The notes: generated by a model not told the origin, from the letters alone. Counted from the stretch's first letter, positions 8,893-17,792 are shown. The stretch: 35,809 bases of DNA from Pseudomonadota bacterium (GCA_016522385.1 JAEKFU010000064.1:1-35809), one strand, 5' to 3'. Translations and numbers: made by a program.

Positions 8893-9048
8893 CTATTCAC
8901 TATCGGTCTTGGACTTGGATTTTTCGGTCCCGCCAGCCTGGCGCTGGCGCGCCTGCGACTTACGCCGTTGCAAATTGGCCCGCAATGCCGCTGCCAGCCG
9001 CTGCTTGCGGTCGCCTGATGATTTTTTGCCGGAAGCCCGCTTTTTCAT
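8893..9048 (-). CDS. small Lys/Arg-rich hypothetical protein (51 aa)
   Basis: The internal ATG at 9048 of ORF 8893..9102 gives MKKRASGKKSSGDRKQRLAAALRANLQRRKSQARQRQAGGTEKSKSKTDSE. A GGGA lies 4 nt upstream. The start is 13 nt after the TAG of the GlcG-like gene, so the two are probably co-transcribed. I cannot assign a family. Confidence 0.4.
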   Translation of the reverse strand: MKKRASGKKSSGDRKQRLAAALRANLQRRKSQARQRQAGGTEKSKSKTDSE

Positions 9049-9061
9049 CGTCGTCCCAGAT

Positions 9062-9505
9062 CTATCCGGCATTGGCGACATATCCGGCCGCCTCAATGCC
9101 AATTACGGCCAGCTTTTCATCTTGCTCGCCCGCTTCTCCGGCCACGCCGACCGCACCGAGAACTCGGCCGGCGTCGTCTCGGATGTAGACCCCGCCCTTC
9201 GAGCCGATCAGCGGCAGGCCCATGCGTTGTTCGGCGACCCGCGCCACGCCGTGGAACCAGATCGGCGTCTCCTCGGCCCATCGACGGACTTCCTCTGTGC
9301 TCTTGCCATAGGCGATACAAGTAAATGCCTTGGCCTGGGCAATATGCGCCAGAAGGGGGGCTGCGTCTTCTTCGCGTCCCAGCGCAATAGGATGCCCCCC
9401 GGCATCGCACACTGCCACCGCAATTCGGCGGTGCGGACCTGTCCGTCCGCCAGCCAGCGCAGCAGTAAGTATGGTTTGTGCAGAACTTAGCTTGAGAGCA
9501 GTCAT
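9062..9505 (-). CDS. GlcG/HbpS-like heme-binding (DUF336) protein
   Basis: 147-aa ORF containing IAVAVCDAGGHPIAL.REEDA, AQAKAFTCIAYGKST and GGVYIRDDAGRVLGAVGVAGEAGEQDEKLAVIGIEAAG, which are DUF336/GlcG signature blocks. Confidence 0.85.
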   Translation of the reverse strand: MTALKLSSAQTILTAALAGGRTGPHRRIAVAVCDAGGHPIALGREEDAAPLLAHIAQAKAFTCIAYGKSTEEVRRWAEETPIWFHGVARVAEQRMGLPLIGSKGGVYIRDDAGRVLGAVGVAGEAGEQDEKLAVIGIEAAGYVANAG

Positions 9506-9791
9506 GGGACAACACCGACCGATTGAATGTGAGGAGCTGGCCTCAGCGTGACACAGGATGGGCCAGACTTCAAACCGGCACTGACTTGCTCAGGTAAAGA
9601 CGATCGCAAGCAACAGGGTCCGAGTTCACATACCCGCTCTCTTCCATTGATGCCGACCCTCGTCAATGGACTACTGGTGCAATTACAATTTGCCGGCATT
9701 CATCAAATTGCCATATGTTTCGCTCAACCCAATGTCCGAACGATGACACGATAGACGCTTCGTTCGTACGGCAGGAGATATTCGACGATCC

Positions 9792-10253
9792 ATGGTCACA
9801 TTGACGATAAACGGCGACCGACAAAGTTTCGATGTTGAAGCTAAAATGCCCTTGTTGTGGGTTCTGCGCGATGTTGCCAACCTTACGGGCACCAAATTTG
9901 GCTGTGGCGCAGGATTGTGTGGTGCCTGTTCGGTGCTCGTTGACGGCGAACTCACACGTTCTTGCGTGACACCGGTCGAAAACGTTGAAGGCTCCGATAT
10001 CAGGACCATCGAATCACTGGCAAGCAAACAGCACTTGTCGGCCGTTCAACAGGCGTGGCTCGAGCTTGATGTTCCGCAATGTGGCTATTGCCAGCCCGGC
10101 ACGATCGTTGCCGTGACAGCGCTCCTGGCCGAAGCGCCGAATCCGACGGACGACGAGATTGATGCCGCAATAACCAATATTTGCCGTTGTGGCACCTATG
10201 ACCGCATTCGCAAAGGTGTTCGGCGAGCAGCCGAAATCGTAGCGGCAACGTGA
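9792..10253 (+). CDS. (2Fe-2S)-binding small subunit of a molybdopterin oxidoreductase (IorA / aldehyde-oxidoreductase small-subunit type)
   Basis: 153-aa ORF with a plant-type ferredoxin cluster (GCGAGLCGACSV) followed by the second cluster (CGYCQPG...CRCGTY). Confidence 0.9.
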   Translation: MVTLTINGDRQSFDVEAKMPLLWVLRDVANLTGTKFGCGAGLCGACSVLVDGELTRSCVTPVENVEGSDIRTIESLASKQHLSAVQQAWLELDVPQCGYCQPGTIVAVTALLAEAPNPTDDEIDAAITNICRCGTYDRIRKGVRRAAEIVAAT

Positions 10254-10254
10254 C

Positions 10255-12522
10255 GTGAAAACCGAGACAAGCATAACTCGACGTGTTTTTGTCGTAGGCT
10301 CTGCCATAATCGGTGGAACCGCGTTGACGGGTCTAGGGATCGGCACCGGTTATCTGGCCACGGTAGACGTCGATGGAACACAATCCGGCCCTGGTGAGAA
10401 CGACAGTGTCAATCTTACAGCCTGGATCAACATCGCTACTGACAATGTTATCACGATATTTGTCCCTTTCGTGGAGATGGGCCAAGGCACCCATACCGGG
10501 CTTGCCCAATTAGTCGCCGAAGAGCTTGGCCTCGATCTCTCGGCAGGCAATATCCGCGTCACGCATCCGCAAGAAGAGTTTGCCGCCCACACTAATTTGA
10601 CTATGTTTCTAAACCAGCGCCCGGAAGAAATGTCTGGTCCTTTGTCGTGGTATGGCAAGCGTTTTCTCGCCTCCATGAAATTGTCGGCCACCGGCGCTTC
10701 GTCCGCTGTTGTGGGTAACTGGCATGCCATGCGCCACGCGGGCGCCATTGCCCGGCAGATGCTGCAGGCCGCGGCCGCCCGGCACCTGGACGGAAAGCCC
10801 GATGATTTGATCCTTGATCATGCCTTATTCAAACGCGCAGACGGCGCAAATTCGGTTTCCTTCGGCACCATCGCCAAGGCGGCGGCCAAGATTGACCCAC
10901 CAACCGACATTGCGCTCAAGCCGGCTGCCGAATTCTCGGTCATTGGAAAGCCGATCCCTCGGATGGATGCGGCGGCAAAGATCACTGGTCGAGGGCAGTA
11001 CGGCGTCGACGTAAGATTGCCCGGCATGGCGTTTGCCACGGTCCGCCAGGCACCGGTCTTCGGCGCCACGATCAAAAAGGTCGAAGACAAAGTGGCACGT
11101 TCGATGCGCGGTGTTATTGATGTGATCATCGATGGCGATTCGATGATCGTAGTTGCCGATAATACATGGCGAGCCTTCCAGGCGGCCGAGGCTCTGGAAA
11201 TCGAGTACACATTGCCCGAAAAACCGGTTGCGGGCGAAGACTTTGCTGCCGCGTTCAAAGCGCGCCACGAAGCAGGCGCGTTCACCCAGTCAGAACAGCC
11301 CGGTGATGCTGCTAATGCCCTGTCAGCGGCAGCAAAGAAGATCGAAGCTGAATACCATACGCCCTATCTCGCTCATGCCACGATGGAACCGATGAACAGC
11401 ACGGTTTGGTGGAAACCCGATGATACCGTCGAGGTCTGGGCGCCAACCCAGTCTGCGGCTATGGCACGCCAGGTCATCGAGTCGGTCGGCGGCGCCAGCT
11501 CCATCAAGGTGCATGTCACATTTGCTGGTGGCGGCTTTGGCCGCCGCGCTGAGAAGAACTTCGTCATTCATGCCGCAAAAGCAGCCAAGGCGCATAAAGG
11601 CCGTCCGATACAGCTGACCTGGTCGCGAACCGAAGACATGCAGCATGATGTCTATAGGCCCGCGGCAATCGCCAAGCTAAAGGCCGGCCTCGATGAGAAC
11701 GGGCAGCTGACGGCATTCGATGCGGTGATTGGCACCCACTCGGTCATGGCATCATTCCTGTTACGCAACATGGATCTGTCGAGTAATTTGACCGCCGACA
11801 ACACGACGCTTGAGGGCATCGCCCATATGCCATACCAGGTCCGCAACCGCAGGATCGCGGCGGTTGAGGTCGAGACATCGGTGCCGATCGGCTTTTGGCG
11901 GTCCGTCGGTCATTCCAACAATGCCTTCTTTGTCGAGAGCATGATCGACGAGTGTGCCGTTGCGGCCGGCAAGGATGCCTTCGATTTCCGCCTTGCGCAT
12001 CTCGGTCCACAGCAGCGGCGTCACAAAAAGGTGCTGGAAACACTGCGTGATATGGCTGACTGGACCGGGCGCGGCGGCAATGGCCGGGGCAGGGGGGTCG
12101 CCCTGCATGAGTCGTTCCGTTCGATCGTCGGCGCGGTAATCGACATTGATGTCGATAGCCAAAAGCAGGTAACGCTCAACAAGGTCGTTGCAGTGATTGA
12201 TTGCGGCACCATCATCAATCCTCGCCTGGTCGAGGCACAGGTCCAGAGTGGCATCATCTTCGGCTTGACCGCAGCCTGTTTCGGCAGAATTGACATCGCC
12301 GATGGCATGGTCGCACAGGAGAATTTCGACAGCTATGAAATGCTGACACTGGCCCGTGCGCCGTCTGTTGAAGTACATCTTATGACAAATGCTGAACTGC
12401 CTGGCGGCGTTGGCGAACCCGGCACACCGCCGGCAGCGCCGGCGCTGGCTAATGCCATTTTCTCTGCGACCGGCGAGCGCATCCGCCGATTACCTATTTC
12501 CGAGGCGGGCTATGCATTGTAA
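10255..12522 (+). CDS. molybdopterin-binding large subunit (IorB / xanthine-dehydrogenase family) with a Tat-type signal
   Basis: 755-aa ORF. The GTG start lies 1 nt after the small-subunit TGA. The N-terminus SITRRVFVVGSAIIGGTALTG is a twin-arginine signal. Family blocks include MGQGTHTGLAQLVAEELG, GGGFGRR, and a C-terminal GVGEPGTPPAAPALANAIF. Confidence 0.9.
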   Translation: MKTETSITRRVFVVGSAIIGGTALTGLGIGTGYLATVDVDGTQSGPGENDSVNLTAWINIATDNVITIFVPFVEMGQGTHTGLAQLVAEELGLDLSAGNIRVTHPQEEFAAHTNLTMFLNQRPEEMSGPLSWYGKRFLASMKLSATGASSAVVGNWHAMRHAGAIARQMLQAAAARHLDGKPDDLILDHALFKRADGANSVSFGTIAKAAAKIDPPTDIALKPAAEFSVIGKPIPRMDAAAKITGRGQYGVDVRLPGMAFATVRQAPVFGATIKKVEDKVARSMRGVIDVIIDGDSMIVVADNTWRAFQAAEALEIEYTLPEKPVAGEDFAAAFKARHEAGAFTQSEQPGDAANALSAAAKKIEAEYHTPYLAHATMEPMNSTVWWKPDDTVEVWAPTQSAAMARQVIESVGGASSIKVHVTFAGGGFGRRAEKNFVIHAAKAAKAHKGRPIQLTWSRTEDMQHDVYRPAAIAKLKAGLDENGQLTAFDAVIGTHSVMASFLLRNMDLSSNLTADNTTLEGIAHMPYQVRNRRIAAVEVETSVPIGFWRSVGHSNNAFFVESMIDECAVAAGKDAFDFRLAHLGPQQRRHKKVLETLRDMADWTGRGGNGRGRGVALHESFRSIVGAVIDIDVDSQKQVTLNKVVAVIDCGTIINPRLVEAQVQSGIIFGLTAACFGRIDIADGMVAQENFDSYEMLTLARAPSVEVHLMTNAELPGGVGEPGTPPAAPALANAIFSATGERIRRLPISEAGYAL

Positions 12523-12725
12523 CAGCGCTGAGGAGTCATTTTTTGGTCCAAAATTGATTCTGCGACCATTCGCCGTGCTCATCAGGCAATCCATGCGCTG
12601 CTAAAAGACGTACAGATTGCGGAATTGGTGGGATACAGGACTCCGGATTAATGCCCGGGCGCTAATGTGAGTAAAGAACAGGGCAGCGAAAAGGGAGTCT
12701 TCTCGATCAGTACACACGACGGGTA

Positions 12726-14213
12726 ATGGGGACTAAGCGTAAAATTGTTGTTGTCGGCGCCGGGCCGGGAGGATTGGCCGCGGCCATGCTGTTGGCGCAT
12801 CGTGGCTGCGATGTCACACTGCTCGAGGCACGCGCGACCGTCGGCGGACGTTCCGGCTACATACAGGAGCAGGGGTTCTGCTTCGATATTGGACCAACAT
12901 TCTTCCTCTTTCCCGAAGTGTTGCGGGAGATCTTTGCCGAAGTCGGCCGTGATCTCATGACCGAGGTACCCATGACCAAGATCGACCCTCTATACAGGGT
13001 CGCATTCGAAGGTGCTGGACACCTTGATGCTCGCGACGGTGTCGATGCCATGCGGGACGAGATTGCCCGATTGTCCGCGGAAGACGCGGCAAATCTTGAT
13101 TGTTTCATGCGCGACAACCGAAGAAAGATCGCCGACTTCAAGTCCGTTCTGCAGAACCCGTTTGACACGATATTCGACTACCTACGCCCTGGCGTTCTCT
13201 CAGCGCTGGGTAACCTGCGGCCGCATCGTAGTCTGGACGATGATCTAAAGCGGTTCTTCCGCGACGAACGCGTGAGACGAGCGTTTTCCTTCCAGTCGAA
13301 ATATCTTGGCATGTCGCCGTTCAACTGTCCCAGTCTGTTTACCATCCTCGCCTTCCTGGAGCATGAGTATGGTGTGTGGCACCCAACCGGCGGCTGCAAC
13401 ATGGTTATGCGCAAGATGGCTGAAATTGCTGGCCAACTGGGTGCTGATGTTCGCCTGTCCGAGCCGGTGACCGCCCTTGATTTTGAAGGCCGGCGGATTT
13501 CTGCAGTGAACACCGATCAGGCGCGCTATGAGGCCGACGCGGTGGTGATCAATGCCGACTTCGGAAAAGCCATGCAGAGCCTGGTGCCGGTCCATATGCG
13601 CAGGCGCTGGACCGACGACAAGATCGCCGGCAAGAAGTTTTCATGTTCGACATACATGCTGTATCTGGGTTTCAAGGGCGAGCTACCCGACATTCATCAT
13701 CACACGATATGCCTGGCAGACGACCTCGTTGCCAATGTTGATGAGATTCAGACCAGCATGGTACTGCCGAAGACACCGTCATTTTACGTCCAGAACGCCA
13801 GTGTGACTGACAAAACCCTGGCACCTGCTGGACACAGCACGCTCTATGTGCTTGTCCCCGTGCCGAATTGTGATGCTGAAATCGACTGGCAACGAGAAGC
13901 CGGGCCCTATCGCGAGCTGGTCCTCGATCGATTGTCACTCATTGGAATCAACGATATTCGTGATCGCATTGTCTTTGAGCGGATCCTGACACCGCAGCTC
14001 TGGCACCAGGACCATGGCATATTCAAAGGTGCGACGTTCAACATGAGCCACAACCTGTCGCAGATGCTCTATTTCCGGCCGCACAACCGGTTTGAAGACG
14101 TAAAAGGGTTATATCTCGTTGGCGGCGGCACGCATCCGGGCAGCGGATTGCCGGTAATCTTTGAGTCCGCGCGGATCTCCAGCCGGTTGATTTCGGATGA
14201 TCTGAACCTCTAA
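12726..14213 (+). CDS. phytoene/diapophytoene desaturase family enzyme (CrtI/CrtN type)
   Basis: 495-aa ORF. It has an N-terminal FAD fold (KIVVVGAGPGGLAAAMLLAHRGCDVTLLEA..VGGR), then GFCFDIGPTFF. The C-terminal CrtI signature is FRPHNRFEDVKGLYLVGGGTHPGSGLPVIFESARI. Confidence 0.85.
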   Translation: MGTKRKIVVVGAGPGGLAAAMLLAHRGCDVTLLEARATVGGRSGYIQEQGFCFDIGPTFFLFPEVLREIFAEVGRDLMTEVPMTKIDPLYRVAFEGAGHLDARDGVDAMRDEIARLSAEDAANLDCFMRDNRRKIADFKSVLQNPFDTIFDYLRPGVLSALGNLRPHRSLDDDLKRFFRDERVRRAFSFQSKYLGMSPFNCPSLFTILAFLEHEYGVWHPTGGCNMVMRKMAEIAGQLGADVRLSEPVTALDFEGRRISAVNTDQARYEADAVVINADFGKAMQSLVPVHMRRRWTDDKIAGKKFSCSTYMLYLGFKGELPDIHHHTICLADDLVANVDEIQTSMVLPKTPSFYVQNASVTDKTLAPAGHSTLYVLVPVPNCDAEIDWQREAGPYRELVLDRLSLIGINDIRDRIVFERILTPQLWHQDHGIFKGATFNMSHNLSQMLYFRPHNRFEDVKGLYLVGGGTHPGSGLPVIFESARISSRLISDDLNL

Positions 14214-14329
14214 AAGCAAGCTTAAGTGTCGAATTTTCCTAGGGCACAACGACGTAGGGATGGTTCCAAATGGCGTCATCTTGCTCTAAAAGCAAAAGTG
14301 AAATTCATTGCTGAGGGTGGACTGCTTCA

Positions 14330-15847
14330 ATGGGTAAGAGAGTTGCGGTTGTCGGCGCAGGTCTTGGTGGACTGACGGCAGCATGTACGCTGGCGGCCCG
14401 TGGTCATCAGGTTACACTGTTCGACAAGAATGACTGGGTTGGCGGCAAGGCAGCCGTTCTGGAACAGGATGGTTTTCGTTTCGACATGGGACCGACCATC
14501 CTGACCGTGCCACAGGTCTTGTTTCGGGTGTTTGGCGAAGCCGGTCGAAAGATTGAGGATTATCTCGATCTTGTCCGTCTGGATCCGCAATGGCGGTGCT
14601 TTTTTGAAGACGGTAGCATTCTCGATCTGCATGAAGATGTCGATGAAATGGCCCGCACGATCGACGAGTTCACCGGTAACACCGCGTCTGGAAAGGGATA
14701 CCGTGATTTCATCGCGTTTGCCGAACGCCTGCACCGCATATCCAACCGGTTCTTTTTCTGGAAAAGCGTTGAAGATCTTAAAGATACGATCGACATCAAG
14801 CAGAACATGACACTCGACACGCTATCTGATGTCATGGCACTGAAAATGGGTTCGTCAGTCGCCGGCACGATCCGCAAGAAAGTCCCGGACAAACGGGTGG
14901 CGCAGCTTCTCGACCACTTCGTTCAGTATGTTGGTTCATCGCCCTATCAGTCGCCGGCCGTGCTGTGCTCCATTGCCCACATGCAGACGGAACTTGGCGT
15001 CTGGTATCCAATCGGTGGGACTCGGGCCGTGCCGGTGGCACTGGAAAAGCTGGCCATTGAACTTGGCGTCAAGATCGAACTTAGTTGTGATGTCTGCAAA
15101 ATTGAACAGATCGACGGCGTGGTCAGTGCTGTAGTGATCGCCGACGGCAGGCGCGTTGAGTTCGACGCCGTGGTCTCCAATATGGATGCCATTCGCACCT
15201 ACAATGAGCTCATTGGTGGTGAAGCGGCAAAGCACTATGCCCGACAAAAATTCGAACCGGCCTGCTCGGGCGTTGTCCTTTACCTCGGCCTCAACAAGGC
15301 CTATGACCATCTCAAGCATCATTGTTTCGTCTTCTCGAGGGATCCCAAGGAAGAGTTCGATGCAATCTATGGACGCGGTGAACCCGCGCCCGACCCAACC
15401 TGCTATCTCGCCGCACCGAGCACCACTGAGCCGGCCGTTGCCCCAAAAGGTGGCGAGGCGCTCTATGTATTGGTCCACACCCCCTACTTGCGCGACCACC
15501 ACAACTGGAAGGATATGTTGCCCGGCTATCGCCAAGTCATTCTCGACAAGCTGAAGCGCACTGCTGGCATGACGGATATCGAGGACAGGATTGTCACCGA
15601 AGCCACACTGACGCCGCAGGACATTCATGAACGCTACAAGGTGCTGAACGGGGCGATTTACGGTCTGTGCAGCCATGGCAAGTTCACAGGCGCCTTCAAG
15701 CCCGGCAACCGTAGCCGTCATGTCAGGGGCCTTTACCTGAGCGGGGGCGCAGCGCATCCTGGACCCGGCATGCCAATGGTTATGATGTCGGGTTGGATTG
15801 CAGCCGATGCGTTCGACCAGGACCAGAAGCAGCGGGCAGCCGCCTAG
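14330..15847 (+). CDS. second CrtI-family FAD oxidoreductase (CrtD / CrtP-like end-group desaturase or oxygenase)
   Basis: 505-aa ORF containing VAVVGAGLGGLTAACTLAARGHQVTLFDKNDWVGGKA and GFRFDMGPTILT. The C-terminal GAIYGLCSHGKFTGAFKPGNRSRHVRGLYLSGGAAHPGPGMPMVMMSG resembles the CrtD/CrtP branch more than the CrtI branch. Confidence 0.8.
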   Translation: MGKRVAVVGAGLGGLTAACTLAARGHQVTLFDKNDWVGGKAAVLEQDGFRFDMGPTILTVPQVLFRVFGEAGRKIEDYLDLVRLDPQWRCFFEDGSILDLHEDVDEMARTIDEFTGNTASGKGYRDFIAFAERLHRISNRFFFWKSVEDLKDTIDIKQNMTLDTLSDVMALKMGSSVAGTIRKKVPDKRVAQLLDHFVQYVGSSPYQSPAVLCSIAHMQTELGVWYPIGGTRAVPVALEKLAIELGVKIELSCDVCKIEQIDGVVSAVVIADGRRVEFDAVVSNMDAIRTYNELIGGEAAKHYARQKFEPACSGVVLYLGLNKAYDHLKHHCFVFSRDPKEEFDAIYGRGEPAPDPTCYLAAPSTTEPAVAPKGGEALYVLVHTPYLRDHHNWKDMLPGYRQVILDKLKRTAGMTDIEDRIVTEATLTPQDIHERYKVLNGAIYGLCSHGKFTGAFKPGNRSRHVRGLYLSGGAAHPGPGMPMVMMSGWIAADAFDQDQKQRAAA

Positions 15848-15867
15848 TCGCGACGGGACGATCCGCC

Positions 15868-16668
15868 GTGACCCGTTCGGCTAAGCCGAAATCTCCGACA
15901 GAACTGTTCAGTGACCGGTTCTTCAGAGGTTTTTCGCGGTATGTCCGGTTTTTCTACGGCAGAAATTTCTCCGGCGTTCGTGTTCTCAACCCGGAGAACG
16001 CCGAAATACCGCCCGATCGTGCAGCCATCTTCTTTTGCAATCACAGCGCCTGGTGGGACGGCATCGTAATGCACTTGATGTCATCCACACTGATCGAGGG
16101 TCGCAAGCCATTCGCGCCTATGGATGAGGTCGCTCTCGAGCACTATGGCATTTTGAAGCGTGTCGGGATGTTCGGCGTCGAACAGGACACGCCACGCGGC
16201 GCGGCGCACTTTCTGAAAATCTCGCGCGGTCTGTTGCAGCGCACCGATACGGTCCTTTGGATGACACCGCAAGGTGGCTTCTTTGATCCCAGGGTTCGGC
16301 CGATCAGTTTCAAGCCAGGTCTCGCCCATTTGGCACGCGACCGGAATGCGATCCTGGTACCGGTGGCAATGGAGTATCCGTTCTGGGAAGAGCGTAGACC
16401 CGAAGCGCTGTTCAATTTTGGCAACCCCATAGATTCCGCTGCCTCGAAGCAACGTCCAGTAGATGCCTGGAACACGATGCTCGAGAACCGGCTGAGTAAA
16501 ACAATGGACGACCTGGCGTCGGCTGCGATCGACCGCAAACCGGAAGCCTTTAAGACCCTGATTGCAGGCTCCGCCGGCATCAATCCGTTCTATGATGCCT
16601 GGCAATTCGTCAAGGCCATCGCGACCGGTAAAAAATTCTCGCGCAGGCATCGGGATGTTTCAACGTGA
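15868..16668 (+). CDS. PlsC-type (lysophospholipid) acyltransferase family protein
   Basis: An HX4D acyltransferase motif is present (FFCNHSAWWDG). The longest ORF starts at TTG 15793, which is 55 nt inside the upstream gene. I prefer the in-frame GTG at 15868, 21 nt after the upstream TAG and preceded by GGGACG. The start remains uncertain. Confidence 0.7.
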   Translation: MTRSAKPKSPTELFSDRFFRGFSRYVRFFYGRNFSGVRVLNPENAEIPPDRAAIFFCNHSAWWDGIVMHLMSSTLIEGRKPFAPMDEVALEHYGILKRVGMFGVEQDTPRGAAHFLKISRGLLQRTDTVLWMTPQGGFFDPRVRPISFKPGLAHLARDRNAILVPVAMEYPFWEERRPEALFNFGNPIDSAASKQRPVDAWNTMLENRLSKTMDDLASAAIDRKPEAFKTLIAGSAGINPFYDAWQFVKAIATGKKFSRRHRDVST

Positions 16669-17792
16669 TCGATGCGCTTCTTGTCGTTTGCCTTGTCCTG
16701 GCGCTGGTCCCGTTCGGCCTGGCACTGATCAATCTGATGTTCTACCGGCCTTTGCCAACGACTGACACGGCTAACTTGCCGGCATTGAGCGTTCTGATTC
16801 CAGCGCGCAACGAACAAGACAGGATTGCGCCGGTACTGGAGGCTCTGACCCGCAACATATACGCTGATGCCGAGATCATCGTCGGCGACGACGGTTCGAC
16901 GGACAGAACCGTTGCAGTCGTCGATGAATTTTCCAAGCGGGACAATCGTATTCGGTCAATTCCGGTGTCGCCGGGAGACGACGATGGATGGGCCGGCAAG
17001 AACAATGCCTGTTATCGCCTAGCCAAAGCGGCCGAACATGACGTTCTGATCTTTCTCGATGCTGACGTAACCATCGCCGATGACGGTCTTGCGCGGCTCG
17101 CGGCGGCTGTCTCTCGCAAGCCGGATGTGGCCTTGCTGAGCGGCTTTCCGCAACAGATCGCCCTGTCGTTTTGGGAAAAGTTGCTAATTCCGCTGATTCA
17201 CTTTCTGCTGCTTGGTTATCTGCCTTTTCTCGGCGTCCGCTTTACCCGTCACCCGATGTTCGGCACAGCATGTGGGCAATTGATTGTGGTCACCAGGCCG
17301 GCCTATTTTGCGGTTGACGGCCATGCGTCCTTCAGATCGCTTCTGCATGACGGTCTGCACCTGCCACGCAAGCTTCGCGCGGCCGGCTTAAAGACCGACC
17401 TGGCCGACTTTACCAATCTGGCCAGCACCCGCATGTACGACAATGTTGAAGACCTTCGCGTCGGTCTGATGAAGAATGCTCATGAAGCCATGGCGACCCC
17501 AATCGCTCTGCCAATTTGGACAATCATATTGCTTTTTGGTCAGGTCTTGCCGGCAGCAATTCTGCTGGCGCTGCTTTTAGCCGGTGGGCCGACGGATGCA
17601 ATTGTCTATGCCGGACTTGTCACAGTGCTGGCATTTGGGTTACGCGGGCTGTTGGCAATAAGGTTTCGGCAATCGTGGTTGGGGGTTGTTTTGCATCCTT
17701 TCGGAATACTCGCATTACTGCAACTGCAATGGCGCGCGCTCATGAACCGCCGGCGCGGCGTTAAAGTGAACTGGAAGGGGCGCGCGTACTAG
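16665..17792 (+). CDS. family-2 membrane glycosyltransferase (CrtQ / CruC-like architecture)
   Basis: 375-aa ORF with an N-terminal TM segment and a GT2 core (SVLIPARNEQDRI...IVGDDGSTDRT...FLDADV), followed by several C-terminal TM segments. The GTG start overlaps the acyltransferase stop (GTGA at 16665-16668). Confidence 0.85.
   Translation: MIDALLVVCLVLALVPFGLALINLMFYRPLPTTDTANLPALSVLIPARNEQDRIAPVLEALTRNIYADAEIIVGDDGSTDRTVAVVDEFSKRDNRIRSIPVSPGDDDGWAGKNNACYRLAKAAEHDVLIFLDADVTIADDGLARLAAAVSRKPDVALLSGFPQQIALSFWEKLLIPLIHFLLLGYLPFLGVRFTRHPMFGTACGQLIVVTRPAYFAVDGHASFRSLLHDGLHLPRKLRAAGLKTDLADFTNLASTRMYDNVEDLRVGLMKNAHEAMATPIALPIWTIILLFGQVLPAAILLALLLAGGPTDAIVYAGLVTVLAFGLRGLLAIRFRQSWLGVVLHPFGILALLQLQWRALMNRRRGVKVNWKGRAY

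Noticed and set aside
8702-9490. A 262-aa plus-strand ORF running from the murA start to the GlcG-like gene.
   Set aside because: It overlaps the DUF336/GlcG gene and the murA 5' end on the opposite strand, crosses an obviously non-coding spacer, and has no motifs.
9506-9791. A Moco riboswitch, looked for upstream of the molybdoenzyme genes and upstream of moaE.
   Set aside because: I could not find the conserved Moco-motif core sequences or its helices. In addition, moaE has no 5' leader of its own because it overlaps asmA.
12523-12725. PpsR/CrtJ-type palindromes (TGT-N12-ACA) or other light or redox regulator sites upstream of the CrtI-family genes.
   Set aside because: The only TGT...ACA pairs have spacings of 9 and 16 nt, and no exact TGT-N12-ACA is present.
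14936-15757. Long antisense ORFs inside confidently assigned genes. Examples: 14936..15757, 27678..28745, 25730..26572, 11761..12378, 10818..11285, 716..1234 and 750..1280.
   Set aside because: These are the mirror-frame open reading frames typical of GC-rich coding DNA. Their products are Arg/Ala/Gly/Pro-rich with no recognisable motifs. In each case the opposite strand carries a clear family signature.
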